DNA of 64,000 nt from Eledone cirrhosa (Eukaryota). The DNA lies in contig OZ024748.1 of assembly GCA_964016885.1 (NCBI GenBank), positions 18,910,001-18,974,000 on the forward strand. Direction: 5' to 3'. This document shows, in pieces, positions 26,367 through 41,450 of the stretch. A program made the position numbers and the translations under genes. The notes beneath the pieces were generated by a model, which saw nothing but the letters and a program-made list of their open reading frames with translations, had not been told where the DNA came from and did not search any database. The number at the start of each line of letters is the position of its first letter. The stretch's first letter is position 1.

Positions 26367-26565
26367 CGAGAGTAGGCTGAAAAGTTCATAGGCTGACTAT
26401 GAAGGGTGGATACTAGAGATGTGAAATCTTACATGCATTAATTTCAGCTCTTCTTATTAAATAATTACATTGTTTCTTTCCAAGGACTATGTTGAAAAAT
26501 GAACCTCATTTGGTCATTCCATGAGAGTGTCTTGGACAGTCTTTGAACTTTTCAGCCGACCCTCG
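26367..26565. mobile_element. Mariner-like MITE
   Basis: TA|CGAGAGTAGGCTGAAAAGTTCA ... TGAACTTTTCAGCCGACCCTCG|TA imperfect TIRs, TA TSD. Confidence 0.85.
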
Positions 26566-27137
26566 TATAAAAATTCTTAAATAGATTTAATCGTTAATCC
26601 ACAAGAAAAGAGGGCTGAAATAAAGATACCTAATTTAAGTACAAGGCCAATAAATTAAAGGGAAAGGAAAGTAGATTAAATCGACTCCAGTACTTGACTG
26701 GTTCTTTATTTTACAGACTCTGGAATAATGGAAGGCAAAGTTGAGCTTAACGAGGTTTCAACCCAGAACATAAGGAGCCGAGACAAACGATGTATAAATG
26801 AGATTTTGTTCTTCGACAGTTTCTCGTCCTCCATCTCAGCGATATTTTGATCAAGATGGTCATATATTCTTTTATGGATTTCATTCATTAGATTGCGGCC
26901 ATGCTGGGGTACCGTCATAAAGGGCTTTAGTAGATAATAATTGTTTCTACTTTAGGCACAAGGCCAGCAATTACCCAGTGCATTACTGGTTAGATAATAA
27001 TGACTCAAGTATTTAGTTTTTATTTTCAAGTCTGGCCTCATTTTACCGAACTCTTCAAACCACTAAGTTATGGAACATAAAATACAAACGTAAACACTGA
27101 CACACACACACATATATATGTATATACATACACACAC

Positions 27138-27282
<145 letters not shown>

Positions 27283-27684
27283 CAGAAATTTATCTGTACA
27301 TACACACGTACACACACATACACACATATGATATATATACATACACACACACACGCACACGCACATATATATTTATACATACATATACAAAGACACGACT
27401 TCCCCTCCCCTTCAAATTGCTGATCTTGTTCTTATCTATGTTAGAAAGAATTATTGTTATATACAGAGAGGCCCCTGTGTATTTAGTGCCCCACCCAGCT
27501 CTACCGTGTCTACCCCTTTCTCCCAGTTATACGTCCCATTCTTCGAAATAGAATAATTTCAACTTATAGTTTATCAAGCTAATATATTATATTATATTAT
27601 ATCATATCATATCATATCATATTATATTATACCAGTAATGCACTGGGTAAATTGCTGGCCTTGTGCCAAAAAGTAGAAACAATT

Positions 27685-28765
27685 ATATTATATTATATTA
27701 TATTATATTATATCATATTATATCATATCATATATCATATCATATATCATATCATATTAAATTAAATTAAATTATATTAAATTAAATTAAATTATATTAT
27801 ATTATATTATATTATATTATATTATATTAAATTATATTATATTATATTATATTATATTATATTATATTATATTATATTATATTATATTATATTATATTAT
27901 ATTATATTATATTATAGTATAGTATAGTATAGTATATTATATTATAGTATAGTATAGTATAGTATAGTATATTATATTATATTATATTATATTATATTAT
28001 ATTATTATATTATATTATATTATATTATATTATATTATATTATATTATATTATATTATATTATAGTATATTATAGTATAGTATAGTATAGTATAGTATAG
28101 TATATTATATTATAGTATATTATATTATATTATATTATATTATATTATAGTATATTATATTATAGTATAGTATATTATATTATATTATAGTATAGTATAG
28201 TATATTATATTATATTATATTATATTATATTATATTATATTATATTATATTATATTATATTATATTATAGTATAGTATAGTATAGTATAGTATATTATAT
28301 TATATTATATTATATTATATTATATTATTATATTATAGTATATTATAGTATAGTATAGTATATTATATTATAGTATATTATAGTATAGTATAGTATATTA
28401 TATTATATTATATTATATTATATTATATTATATTATATTATATTATAGTATAGTATAGTATAGTATAGTATAGTATAGTATAGTATAGTATATTATATTA
28501 TATTATATTATTATATTATATTATATTATATTATATTATATTATATTATATTATATTATATTATATTATATTATATTATATTATGCTATACTATACTATA
28601 CTATACTATACTATACTATACTATACTATACTATACTATACTATACTATACTATACTATACTATACTATACTATACTATACTATACTATACTATACTATA
28701 CTATACTATACTATACTATACTATACTATACTATATCATATCATATCATATCATATTATATTATA
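27685..28765. repeat. Pentanucleotide satellite (TATTA/TAGTA/CTATA) starting at a SINE 3' end
   Basis: AAAGTAGAAACAATTATATTATATT...; second such array ~29895-30460. Confidence 0.95.
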
Positions 28766-28766
28766 T

Positions 28767-29176
28767 GGTGGATTGGCAGTATCGGTAGAGGGTCGGACGC
28801 CATGCTTTGCAGCACAGTTACGTCCCTTTACGGACCGAGTTCAAATCCCGCCGACGTTAACTTTGCCTTTCATCCTTACGGGGTCGATAAAATAAAGTAC
28901 CAGTAATACTCTGGGATAATTGCTGGCCTTGTGCCAAAAGTAGAAACAATTATATTTGTGCCAAAAGTAGAAACAATTATATTATATCGGTGGATTGGCA
29001 GTATCGGTAGAGGGTCTGACGCTATGCTTTGCAGCAAAGAGTTACGCCCCTTTATGGTTTGAGTTCAAATCCCGCCGAGGTTAACTTTGCCTTTCATCCT
29101 TACGGGGTCGATAAAATAAAGTACCAGTAATACACTGGGATAATTGCTGGCCTTGTGCCTAAAGTAGAAACAATTA
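28767..29176 (+). mobile_element. Tandem pair of tRNA-derived SINEs
   Basis: Two near-full copies, 28767-28951 and 28988-29176. Confidence 0.88.
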
Positions 29177-29493
29177 TTATAATGCTCGGTACATGCATTA
29201 ACAACACCCACACAAACTTTTGTCTTTGATCACGCTAAGAAAATTATTTAGCCAGCATTTACTTCTACGCAGTCCTCATACACCCACGTCAAATTATGTG
29301 CCATGTCTTAACACCACACTCACTACTCTCTCCACAGCTTTTGTTATTTGCACAACTCTGCTTCACAGCAAAGCTGCTTCGTGGTACATTTATTGATGAC
29401 AGCAAATTATATATTTTTATTTAATTAATTAATATACGAATTTGTTTAAAAGTGCGATCCTTTAAGGTTCAGTAATGCATTCCGTCGAGATAT

Positions 29494-29541
29494 GCGCCCT
29501 AGTCGAACGACTAGTTGCCTTTAACGGTAGCGCCGGCCCTG
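29494..29541 (-). mobile_element. hAT-like terminal fragment
   Basis: Minus CAGGGCCGGCGCTACC...AGGCAACTAG...CTAGGGCGC resembles common hAT MITE ends. Confidence 0.4.
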
Positions 29542-30762
29542 AGTAGATGGACACAATTAAATATATAGACATAACTAAGCAAATAAATTGATGTAAAACA
29601 AACACGCGATGAAAGATCATTACAGACGTTATCAATGTAATAACTCGTTGTCTTGGTAACGAGCTTGATACATATTTGATGTTAATATAGTACCAGTCAA
29701 GTACTGAGATCGATTTAATCGACTTTCCCGTGTCTCTCCCTCATGAATTGCTGGCCTTGAGCCTAAATCAGAAACCATTATATTATATTAGATAATATTT
29801 GTATAATACCATATTGTATTATCTTTATGATATATACTATATATTACATTATATTGTATTATATTACATTATATTGTAGTGCCAAAAGTAGAAACATTTA
29901 TATTATATTGTATTATATTATATTATATTATATTATATTAAATTATAATAAATTATATTATATTATATTATATTATATTGTATTATATTATATTATATTA
30001 TATTATATTATATTGTATTATATTATATTATATTATATTATATTAAATTATAATAAATTATATTATATTATATTATATTATATTGTATTATATTATATTA
30101 TATTATATTATATTATATTGTATTATATTGTATTATATTATATTATATTATATTATATTATATTATATTATATTATATTATATTATATTATATTATATTG
30201 TATTATATTATATTATATTAAATTATAATAAATTATATTATATTATATTATATTATATTGTATTATATTATATTATATTATATTATATTATATTATATTG
30301 TATTATATTATATTATATTATATTATATTATATTATATTATATTATATTATATTATATTATATTGTATTATATTATATTATATTATATTATATTATATTA
30401 TATTGTATTATATTATATTATATTAAATTATAATAAATTATATTATATTATATTATATTAAGGGTACAAGACTAGATAGCTATATGGTGAAGAAATTCAT
30501 TTTGCAACCGTATCAGTTCGAGGTGGATACCACTACGCTGTACCTTAGGTAAATGTCTTCTGCTGTAGCCTACGCTTTAGTAGAATTTGGTAGAGGGAAA
30601 CTGTGCAGATGCCCTTTCTTTAAATAAGATAATTGTCAATATGTTCGTGTATGCAATCATACGAAAACGTACTCAATACTTTAGTGTAAAGCGGAATAGT
30701 TCTTTTTTTTATATAGCTGTTCCTCGGGCGACTGATTATTAGATCGTAGAAGCTCTTACACC

Positions 30763-30913
<151 letters not shown>

Positions 30914-31299
30914 TGGAAGATATATGGTAAATTTTCATTCCGTTCCATCATGAATTGCCTACCAGACCACCAGTTCTACAATTCACTGATCAAAATAACT
31001 TAAATGTTCGATATATATGTATATATATATATATATAAATGAAAGTTAGAGTTAATAACTCTTACTGAAACCCTGTAATCAATAAGCTCAAAGTATAAAT
31101 ACCGAGCATTATAATAATTGTTTCTACTTTAGGCACAAGGCCAGCAATTACCCAGTGCATTACTGGTACTTTATTTTATCGACCCCGTAAGGATGAAAGG
31201 CAAAGTCAACCTCGGCGGAATTTGAACTCAGATTTTATTTTATCATTCTGTCTGCTTCATGGTTAAATATTAGACACACCATTTACTGTGTTTCTTACT

Positions 31300-31364
<65 letters not shown>

Positions 31365-32270
31365 TTTAAAATTATTTTGTTTGACCTGTTTGGCTTGCCT
31401 CGACTTTTTGGCTTAGGTGATTGATGGCTTCTTGACCGCCATCTCAGTTTGTTTGGCCTTTATAACCTATATTTATTGCTCTGGTCTTTATTTGGTCCAT
31501 GGTGCGCTTGCCAGTATAACTGGGATATTGCGTTTCGCTCTGTTTTCGACCACAGCCGACATACGAATCTCGCTGAAATTATATTTGTGTATATATATAT
31601 ATACTGGCGGAAATTTCTCGGTTCCCATTGAAATGAAATTGGCGGTAAAATACAAGGTCCACTGATACATATTTAAATATCTAAATATATTGGTAACCGA
31701 GGGAATGATGGGACACAAAGAACAAGGAACTATGGGTACTATATGGGAGAATTGCATGCTGGGATGCTTTACTTATTGGTTTTATATTAGTGTTGAAAGA
31801 TGGTTGTATATTATGGGTCGGGATAGGAGGGTAGGATTTAAGTGGATTTGGTGTGTGTGTGTGTGACTGAGTGCGGTTTTCGGGGAAAGGTTATGTAAGT
31901 TTATATCTTTAGTTGATGTATATCGGTAAAAAATGTAAACATCAGTGGGGAAACTGAAACCATGTTTGTGCTATTTCAAACGAAATCCATTGTAATGCTT
32001 ATTCTGCCCCGAGTTACAGACACTCTTTCGTACCTCTCGCCGTCATAAATGTAAGGAACCAGTGATTGGTCTTCTGGAAACATGTTTATCAATTAAGCTA
32101 TAAAATAAAAGTCGTGTTAGGAGCAATGTCACGTCTGGAAATCGAAACCGTACCCTAAACACGATTTGTGCTCAACTAACCCCCTTTTTACAGTGTTGGG
32201 AGTACCTCTACTTTACATTGTAACTTACTTAACTACTATAGTAAAGTGTTGTTATATATATATATATAAA

Positions 32271-32416
<146 letters not shown>

Positions 32417-32501
32417 GGGAGGGTCATGTTGCCAAGTATAACAATATCGGTTTCAACACACGTTTTCAGATAAAGAATCTTGCTAAACAAATTCAGAAAC
32501 G

Positions 32502-32558
<57 letters not shown>

Positions 32559-32614
32559 TTTAGATATATATTCACTGTCTGTTTCTCTCTCTCTTTCTCT
32601 CACACACAGACACA

Positions 32615-32676
<62 letters not shown>

Positions 32677-32721
32677 TATATATTCACTGTCTGTTTCTCT
32701 CTCTCTTTCTCACACACATAG

Positions 32722-32781
<60 letters not shown>

Positions 32782-32806
32782 GCACACTCTCTCTCACTAT
32801 CACTCC

Positions 32807-32837
<31 letters not shown>

Positions 32838-32939
32838 ACTCTCTCACACACACATATATATATAACGGTTACTCACCCGTAAACCAGCCTGGCTTCCAAT
32901 TCTAATTTTGTAAAACTCTCCTCCCTACACAGACAATAA

Positions 32940-33520
32940 ATAGGTGGAGTGAGGCATGGTGTGTAGTGAGGTACAGTGTGTCATAGTGATTATTGAGGTG
33001 GAGTGAAGCATGGTATTTAATGAAGTGGAGTGAGACATGGTGTTTAATGAAGTGGAGTGAGACATGACATTTAGTGAGATGCAGTGTGTTATGGTTATTT
33101 TTGAGGTGGCGTAAGGCATCGTGTTTAATGAAGTGGAGTGAAACATGGTGTTTAGGGATGTAGAGTGTGACATAATGTTTAGTGAGGTGGATTGTGACAT
33201 GGTGTTTAGTAAGGTGGTGTGTGACATAATGTCTATTGAGATGGAGTGTATAATGAAATGGAGTGAGACATGATATTTAGTGAGGTGGAGTGTGACATGG
33301 TGTTTAGTGAGGTGGAGTGTGACACGGTGTTTAGTGAGGTGGCGGGCGACATGATGTTTAGTGAGTTGGAGTGTGACCTTGTTTATAGAGGTGGAGTGAG
33401 ACATGGTGTTTAATGAGGTGGAGTGAGACCTTGTTTATAGAGGTGGAGTGAGACATGGTGTTTAATGAGGTGGAGTGAGATATGGTGTTTAATGAGGTGG
33501 AGTGAGACATGATGTTTAGT
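32940..33520. repeat. 30-bp minisatellite (GAGGTGGAGTGAGACATGGTGTTTAGT-like)
   Basis: Direct reading; begins immediately after the exon donor at 33526. Confidence 0.92.
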
Positions 33521-33526
33521 GTTTAC

Positions 33527-33658
33527 CTTAGCGTCATTTGCCCGCTGTGTAACAATCCTCTCAGCTAAGGTCCTGCCATCAGATTCGACCTTCACCCTTC
33601 GACGATGTTTCAGTCGTTTTGGCTGTGACGTATCAGTATCCAGTTTGAGGTATGTCGT
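33527..33658 (-). CDS. 132-nt internal exon of the minus-strand gene (TTYLKLDTDTSQPKRLKHRRRVKVESDGRTLAERIVTQRANDAK)
   Basis: CATAG| acceptor, AAG|GTAAAC donor, 44 codons, phase 0-0; basic NLS-like KRLKHRRR. Confidence 0.65.
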
Positions 33659-33724
33659 CTATGACTGACAGGGATTTAGTGGGATTGAGTCTCATTGACT
33701 GGGGTTGACTCCAGATAGTTGTAA

Positions 33725-34700
33725 TTAGTTGTAACTGGTTGTGACTGGTTTAGCTTGACTAGTGCTGACTGTGTTTGGTTGTGGTTGACTGCGGGCATTT
33801 GTGGCAGGTTGTGGCTGGTTGTGGTTGGTTGTGGTTGACTGCGGGCATTTGTGGCTGGTTATGGCTGGTTGTGGTTGGTTGAGCTTGACTAGTGTTGACT
33901 GTGCTTGGTTGTGGTTGACTGCGGGCATTTGTGGCAGGTTGTGGCTGGTTGTGACTGGTTTAGCTTGACTAGTGTTGACTGTGCTTGGTTGTGGTTGACT
34001 GCGGGCATTTGTGGCTGGTTGTGGCTGGTTGTGGTTGGTTGAGCTTGACTAGTGTTGACTGTGCTTGGTTGTGGTTGACTGCGGGCATTTGTGGCTGGTT
34101 GTGGTTGGTTGTGGTTGGTTGAGCTTGACTAGTGTTGACTGTGTTTGGTTGTGGTTGACTGCGGGCATTTGTGGCAGGTTGTGGCTGGTTGTGGTTGGTT
34201 GAGCTTGACTAGTGTTGACTGTGCTTGGTTGTGGTTGACTGCGGGCATTTGTGGCTGGTTGTGGTTGGTTGAGCTTGACTAGTGTTGACTGCTTGTTTGG
34301 GGTTGACTGCGGGCATTTGTGGCTGGTTGTGGCTGGTTGTGGTTGGATGAGCTTGACTTGTGTTGACTGTTTGGCTGTAGTTGACTGCGGGCATTTGTGG
34401 CTGGTTGTGGTTGGTTGAGCTTGAGTAGTGTTGACTGTGTTTGGTTGTGGATGACGGCGGGCATTTGTGGTAGGTTGTGGCAGATTGTGGTTGGATCTGG
34501 CAGGTTGTGGAAGGTTGTGGCTGGTTATGGTTGGTTGAGCTTGACTAGATTGACTGTGCTTGACTGCGGGCATTTGTGGCAGGTTGTGACTGGTTATGGT
34601 TGGTTGAGCTTCACTAGTGTTGACTGTGTTTGGCTGTGGTTGACTGCGGGCATTTGTGGCAGGTTGTGGATGGTTGTGGCGGGTTGTATTTAGCTGTGGT
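33725..34700. repeat. ~70-80-bp minisatellite built from 10-bp GTGGYTGGTT subunits
   Basis: Recurrent GTTGACTGCGGGCATTTGTGGC and GAGCTTGACTAGTGTTGACT. Confidence 0.93.
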
Positions 34701-35070
34701 TGTTTTAACGTAACAGACTGTGGTCACCAGCCCTCAATCAACATCTCGGAGTTGGTTAATGAGTTTGGTTCTACAAGATAACAGCTGGGTAGAAATAGCT
34801 TTCTTTTAGAACAAAACACTGTTTTGTGATGCTTCAATCACTCTCCACTACTAGCTATAGGTTAGCAGAAGGAGTAGTATTAGCAGCAGTAGTATTAGCA
34901 GCAGTATTAGTAGCAGTAGTAGTAGCAGCAGTAGTAGTAGCAGCAGTAGTAGTATCAGTAGTAGCAGCAGCAGGAATAGTAGTAGTAGTAGTTGAATAAT
35001 TGGAATAAAAAATAAATATTTATATTACAATAAAACTAAACAGGTGTGTACACACACACACACGCACACG

Positions 35071-35184
<114 letters not shown>

Positions 35185-35286
35185 CACGTATATATATATA
35201 TATATATGTATATATTTATTATTAGTACAGATTAAAATTTAAGCAAAGAATTACAGCTTTCACCCTAAACGGGATCTTCGGACTTT

Positions 35287-35386
<100 letters not shown>

Positions 35387-35596
35387 TATATAAAATTCGG
35401 GACCCCGATGGCTGTGCTCCGGCCGTTTCAAAGCTAGATGTTATCAGTTCGGATCTAACTGTTGAAACGGCCGGAGCTCAGCCGTCGGGGTGTCCCGAAT
35501 TTTTCGTATTACCCACTCTACTACACTAAGTATCGAGTACTCTGGTGAGTAATGGTCTAACTGGTTTTTACCGCCTCCATTCTGATATATATATAA

Positions 35597-35715
<119 letters not shown>

Positions 35716-35870
35716 ATATACATGTGTGTATAATTCATTTAAATATAAAAGAAAAAAAAATTCAAGGGACTGTTGTGTGATGTGGTGTAACATAATATAA
35801 TTTATTGTAGGATTTAAAGTTAACATTAGTTGTACATACTATATATATGTCTATACATATATACACACAC

Positions 35871-35938
<68 letters not shown>

Positions 35939-36751
35939 ATAATAATGAATTTGAAGACTAAAATCCAAAGAGGGCTCGATAAGGATAAATATATATCGAA
36001 TATATAAGAACCGTATTTTAATAAATATATATATATATATATATGTCTCTCTATATATATGTCTATATATATATGTCTCTCTATCTATATATCTATATAC
36101 ATATATGTCTATATATATATGTATATGTGTCTATATATATATATATATATATGTCTATATATATATGTCTCTCTATCTATATATCTATATACATATATGT
36201 CTATATATATGTATATGTAAGCAAAGAGTTATTTTATTTGTTGGTTATTCAACAAATGTATTTATAACAGATTCGAAGCACTCTATAGAATTCTTCTGGA
36301 GTATAATATCAATAATATTAATAAATGGAAACTATATTTATTTTATTATATATATTTTATTATATACATTTTAGCACGCTCTCATCAGATAAAATACAAA
36401 AGTTGTTTTACAGATATATATATATATATATACACATATGCACATAATATATATATGTCTATATATAAATGTCTATATATAAATGTCTATATATAAATGT
36501 CAATATATGTATATATATATGTGTGTATAAATGTCGATATATGTATATATATATGTGTATATATCTATATATATATAAATGTCTATATATGTATATATAT
36601 GTGTGTATATATATATATATATGTCTATATATATGTTTATATATTTCTATATATGTCTATATATATCGAAAATGAAACTTACTTCAATGTTTCCATATTT
36701 CTACATCAAAATATTTGATTCCTAGTTTTGTTCCATGAGAATTAGGTCCTT

Positions 36752-36951
36752 NNNNNNNNNNNNNNNNNNNNNNNNNNNNNNNNNNNNNNNNNNNNNNNNN
36801 NNNNNNNNNNNNNNNNNNNNNNNNNNNNNNNNNNNNNNNNNNNNNNNNNNNNNNNNNNNNNNNNNNNNNNNNNNNNNNNNNNNNNNNNNNNNNNNNNNNN
36901 NNNNNNNNNNNNNNNNNNNNNNNNNNNNNNNNNNNNNNNNNNNNNNNNNNN
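36752..36951. other. Assembly gap (200 N)
   Basis: Run of N; true size and contiguity unknown. Confidence 0.99.
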
Positions 36952-37345
36952 AACGCTGCATGTATTGTAATATACATGAGAAAACACTGTACATGTTGTC
37001 ATATTATACACGAGAAAACACTGAACATGTTGTAATATAGACGAGAAAACACTGTACGTGTTGTAATATACACGAGAAAACACTGTACGTGTTGTCATCT
37101 AATACACGAAAAAACACTGAACGTGTAATATCCACGAGAAAACTTTGTACGTGTAGTAATAGACACGAGGAAACACTGTACGTGTAGTAATAGACACGAG
37201 GAAACACTGTACGTGTTGTAATATACACGAGAAAACACTGAACATGTTGTAATATACACGGGAAAACACTGTATGTCTTGTTATCTTATACACGAGAAAA
37301 CACTGTATGCTGTTATCTTATACACGAGAAAGCACTGTACGTCAA
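36952..37345. repeat. ~32-bp minisatellite abutting the gap
   Basis: ACACGAGAAAACACTGTACGTGTTGTAATAT units. Confidence 0.92.
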
Positions 37346-37640
37346 ACAAGTCCTGTCGAAGAAAACAATAATGACAAAAGAGACAAATAACTGCTAAGTG
37401 TGAATAATAAAATAACCCAAAAAACAACTAAACAAAACAAAAAGTAAAAAGCCCAGTAAAAACAACAACAAAAAGATAAAAAAGATGAGGAGGAAAAAGA
37501 AGAGGAAGGAGAAGACTAAAAGTAACAACAACTATAATTACAACAACTGCAACTACAGCAGCAGCAGCAACAACAACAACAATAGTGGTTTTCCATCAGA
37601 GACATCAGGTGCTCGAGTTTAAAGATTTCAAAAAATATAA

Positions 37641-37682
<42 letters not shown>

Positions 37683-37829
37683 TTAATTCAAGTCCAGAAT
37701 TAGCCATCGAAACGGCTTGAGCTCAGCCGTCGGGGGTCCTACTCGTTCCTATTACCCACTCTACTACCCTAAGTATTGAGTACTTTGGTGCGTTATGGTC
37801 CACCTGGTTCCTTACCACATTTCCTTCGT

Positions 37830-37862
<33 letters not shown>

Positions 37863-38028
37863 ATATGTGTATGCATGTATGTATGTAAGTATGTATGTAT
37901 GTATGTATGTGTGTATGAATGTATGTGTGTATATATGAATGTATGTTTAGATGTATATATATGTGTGTGTGTGTATGATTGTATGCATATATATGTATAT
38001 ATATATATATACATATATATATAAATAC

Positions 38029-38072
<44 letters not shown>

Positions 38073-38253
38073 GTATATATATATATACAATATATATATA
38101 CATATATATGCATACAATCATACACACACACACATATATATACATCTAAACATACATTCATGCACACATTCATATATACACACATACATTCATACGCACA
38201 TACATACATACATACTTACATACATACATGCATACACATATACATATATATAT

Positions 38254-38305
<52 letters not shown>

Positions 38306-38969
38306 TTCTTGTGTCATGACATAATACCCGTGCTCTTTAGTTCATTCTAACTCTCTCTCGCTCCCTTTAGTTCTCTCTCTAGTTCTCGCTAATTCACTCT
38401 AGTTCTCGCTGGTTCTATCAAGTTCTCTCTAGTTCTTTTTTTTCTTGCCAATTCCCAGAACACACCTAAAGAGAAACATACAACATTTACTAAATTCTAT
38501 GTAAAAGACGATCTTCTTTTGGTATTTAGACAACAATAAGCAATGGCGTCAAGCGTTGAATTTCCTCGCAGAATTTTATATTTTTCTATTGTCTCTGGCT
38601 TTGAAGAATTATTATTCAATTGTTTTTTTGTTTCTTTCTTTCAGGGTACAAAATCCCCACTTTTAAAAGGTTATTCTACAGATATTGTTCTTCATTCTTT
38701 TATTCGTTTGTTCTTTTATTCTTTTATATATTGTTTCAGTCATCAGACAGCGACCATACTGGGGCACTCCATTTTGTTTTGAAGGGATTTCAATTGTTAC
38801 TTTCCCTCTTTCAGGACACACACATACACACAATAATCTCTTCTTCTTCTTCTTCTTCTTCTTCTTCTTCTTCTTCTTCTTCTTCTTCTTCTTCTTCTTC
38901 TTCTTCTTCTTCTTCTTCTTCTTCTTCTTCTTCTTCTTCTTCTTCTTCTTCTTCTTCTTCTTCTTCTTG

Positions 38970-39000
<31 letters not shown>

Positions 39001-39136
39001 CAACGACAGGGTCACCAGACTAACCTCCCGCAGTCTCTGTCCTATCAGATGTAACCGTCTCCAATTTCTCGTCTTTTAAAAGCCTTATATGACAGATACT
39101 CTTTTATAATTATTTCGTTCTTTTTCGTGATTTCAA

Positions 39137-39635
39137 CCATTAGACAGCGGCCATACTGGGGCACACACCACATTAAAGGGATTTAATACAGAATCTTGCC
39201 ATTAGACAACGGCCATACTGAGGCACCCATTACATTAAAAGGATTTTAAACAGAATCTTGCCATTAGACAACGGCCATACTGAGGCACCCACTACATTAA
39301 AAGGATTTTAAACAGAATCTTGCCATTAGACAGCAGCCATACTGGGGCATCCACCACATTAAAGGGATTTAATACAGAATCTTGCCATTAGACAGCGGCC
39401 ATACTGGGGCATCCACTACATTAAAAGGATTTTAAACAGAATCTTGCCATTAGACAGCAGCCATACTGGGGCATCCACCACATTAAAGGGATTTAATACA
39501 GAATATTGCCATTAGACAGCGGCCATACTGGGGCATCCACCACATTAAAGGGATTTAATACAGAATCTTGTCATTAGACAGCGGCCATACTGGGGCATCC
39601 ACCACATTAAAGGGATTTAATACAGAATCTTGTCT
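39137..39635. repeat. ~62-bp minisatellite
   Basis: CCATTAGACAGCGGCCATACTGGGGCA..CACCACATTAAAGGGATTTAATACAGAATCTTG, ~8 units. Confidence 0.92.
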
Positions 39636-39891
39636 TTTAAAAGGTCATCCTATAACTATCACTCTTTTATTTATTTATTTCTTACCTGTTACAATCATTT
39701 GACGGCGACCATGCTGGAGCTCCGATCACCTTAAAGGGATTTATGACACAAATCTCATCTCATCTTTTAAAAGGTTATTCCAGTAAAATTACTCAGATTG
39801 CAGTCATGCTCAGGAACCACCTCGAGGCGTTTTATAATATTCCTTTCTTCAGATTATTCAGAAGATCTTTTTATTCTTTTTATTAAGGATG

Positions 39892-39990
39892 CCGCATGGC
39901 CGAATGGTTAAGAAGCATGTTTCGCAATCTTAAGGTCCCGGGTTCGAACTCACTAACTGATGATATCTTGGGCATGTTCTATTTGCCATA
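39892..39990 (+). mobile_element. tRNA-like SINE head (second family)
   Basis: TGGCCGAATGGTTAAG A-box and GGTTCGAACTC B-box, but no complete cloverleaf; similar heads on minus at ~53130-53220 and ~61145-61250. Confidence 0.55.
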
Positions 39991-40008
39991 GACTCAGGTC
40001 CATCCATG

Positions 40009-40069
<61 letters not shown>

Positions 40070-40204
40070 CTATACATCCATCGATCTGTCTGTCTATATC
40101 CGTGCCAAGTTACTTAATATCACATATTTTTCTTTACCTATATAAATATTCTCATTTCTACATATATACGCATAAACACGTGTATGGTTATATGTACACA
40201 CACA

Positions 40205-40297
<93 letters not shown>

Positions 40298-40993
40298 GTG
40301 TATATAAATATATATACATATACACAAACATACATATCTATATCTCTAGATATCTATATATGTCTATGTGTGTGTGTGCATGCATGTATAGATGCATGTA
40401 TATATATATGCATGTGTGTGTATGTGTGTGTGCGTGCGTGTGTGAATATGTGTATATGTGTGTGTATGTGGTGATATAAGTATTGTATAGTCCATAAAGC
40501 TAATGTTCCATCACCCCCCTCCCTCCCCCCACCATACGAGTAAAAATACTTTAAACATTTATCCCCCTTTACTATCAACATCTTCAGCTACGTCGCTCAG
40601 TCACGTGACACACAGATAGCTTATACAATTTGTCAGGTGACATTAAAATAGCTTGTATAGTGCGCACGCGCCGTTGTTTACTTCTTAGCTGCTGTCAAAA
40701 TCTCACACATACACATACTTATATACACAACACACACATGGACATACACATACTTATATACACAACACACACACACACATACTTATATACACAACATACA
40801 CATACTTATATACACAACACACTCATGGACATACACATACTTATATACACAACACACACACGCACACACACATACTTACATACTTTCATAAACACACACA
40901 TTCTCATACGCCACATACATACACATACGCGTTCACATACATATGCACACGAACACATGCATATCTGTATGCATCACTCTGCCCCCCCCCCTC

Positions 40994-41043
<50 letters not shown>

Positions 41044-41210
41044 ACACACACACATATATATATATATACGTGTGTATACATAGACATGCATACATGCATA
41101 AATATACACATTTGTGAAGTCCCATGTGTGTAGAATGGTTTGCAGTATATAGTCCCCAGGGTCTTTTAGCAGAGTGTATAGTTGTTTATAAATGCGCATG
41201 TGTATATATG

Positions 41211-41415
<205 letters not shown>

Positions 41416-41450
41416 GTATATATATGTATATATATGTATATATATATATA

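Noticed and set aside
39892-39960. Possible tRNA gene
   Set aside because: A and B boxes present, but no acceptor stem or complete cloverleaf; SINE head
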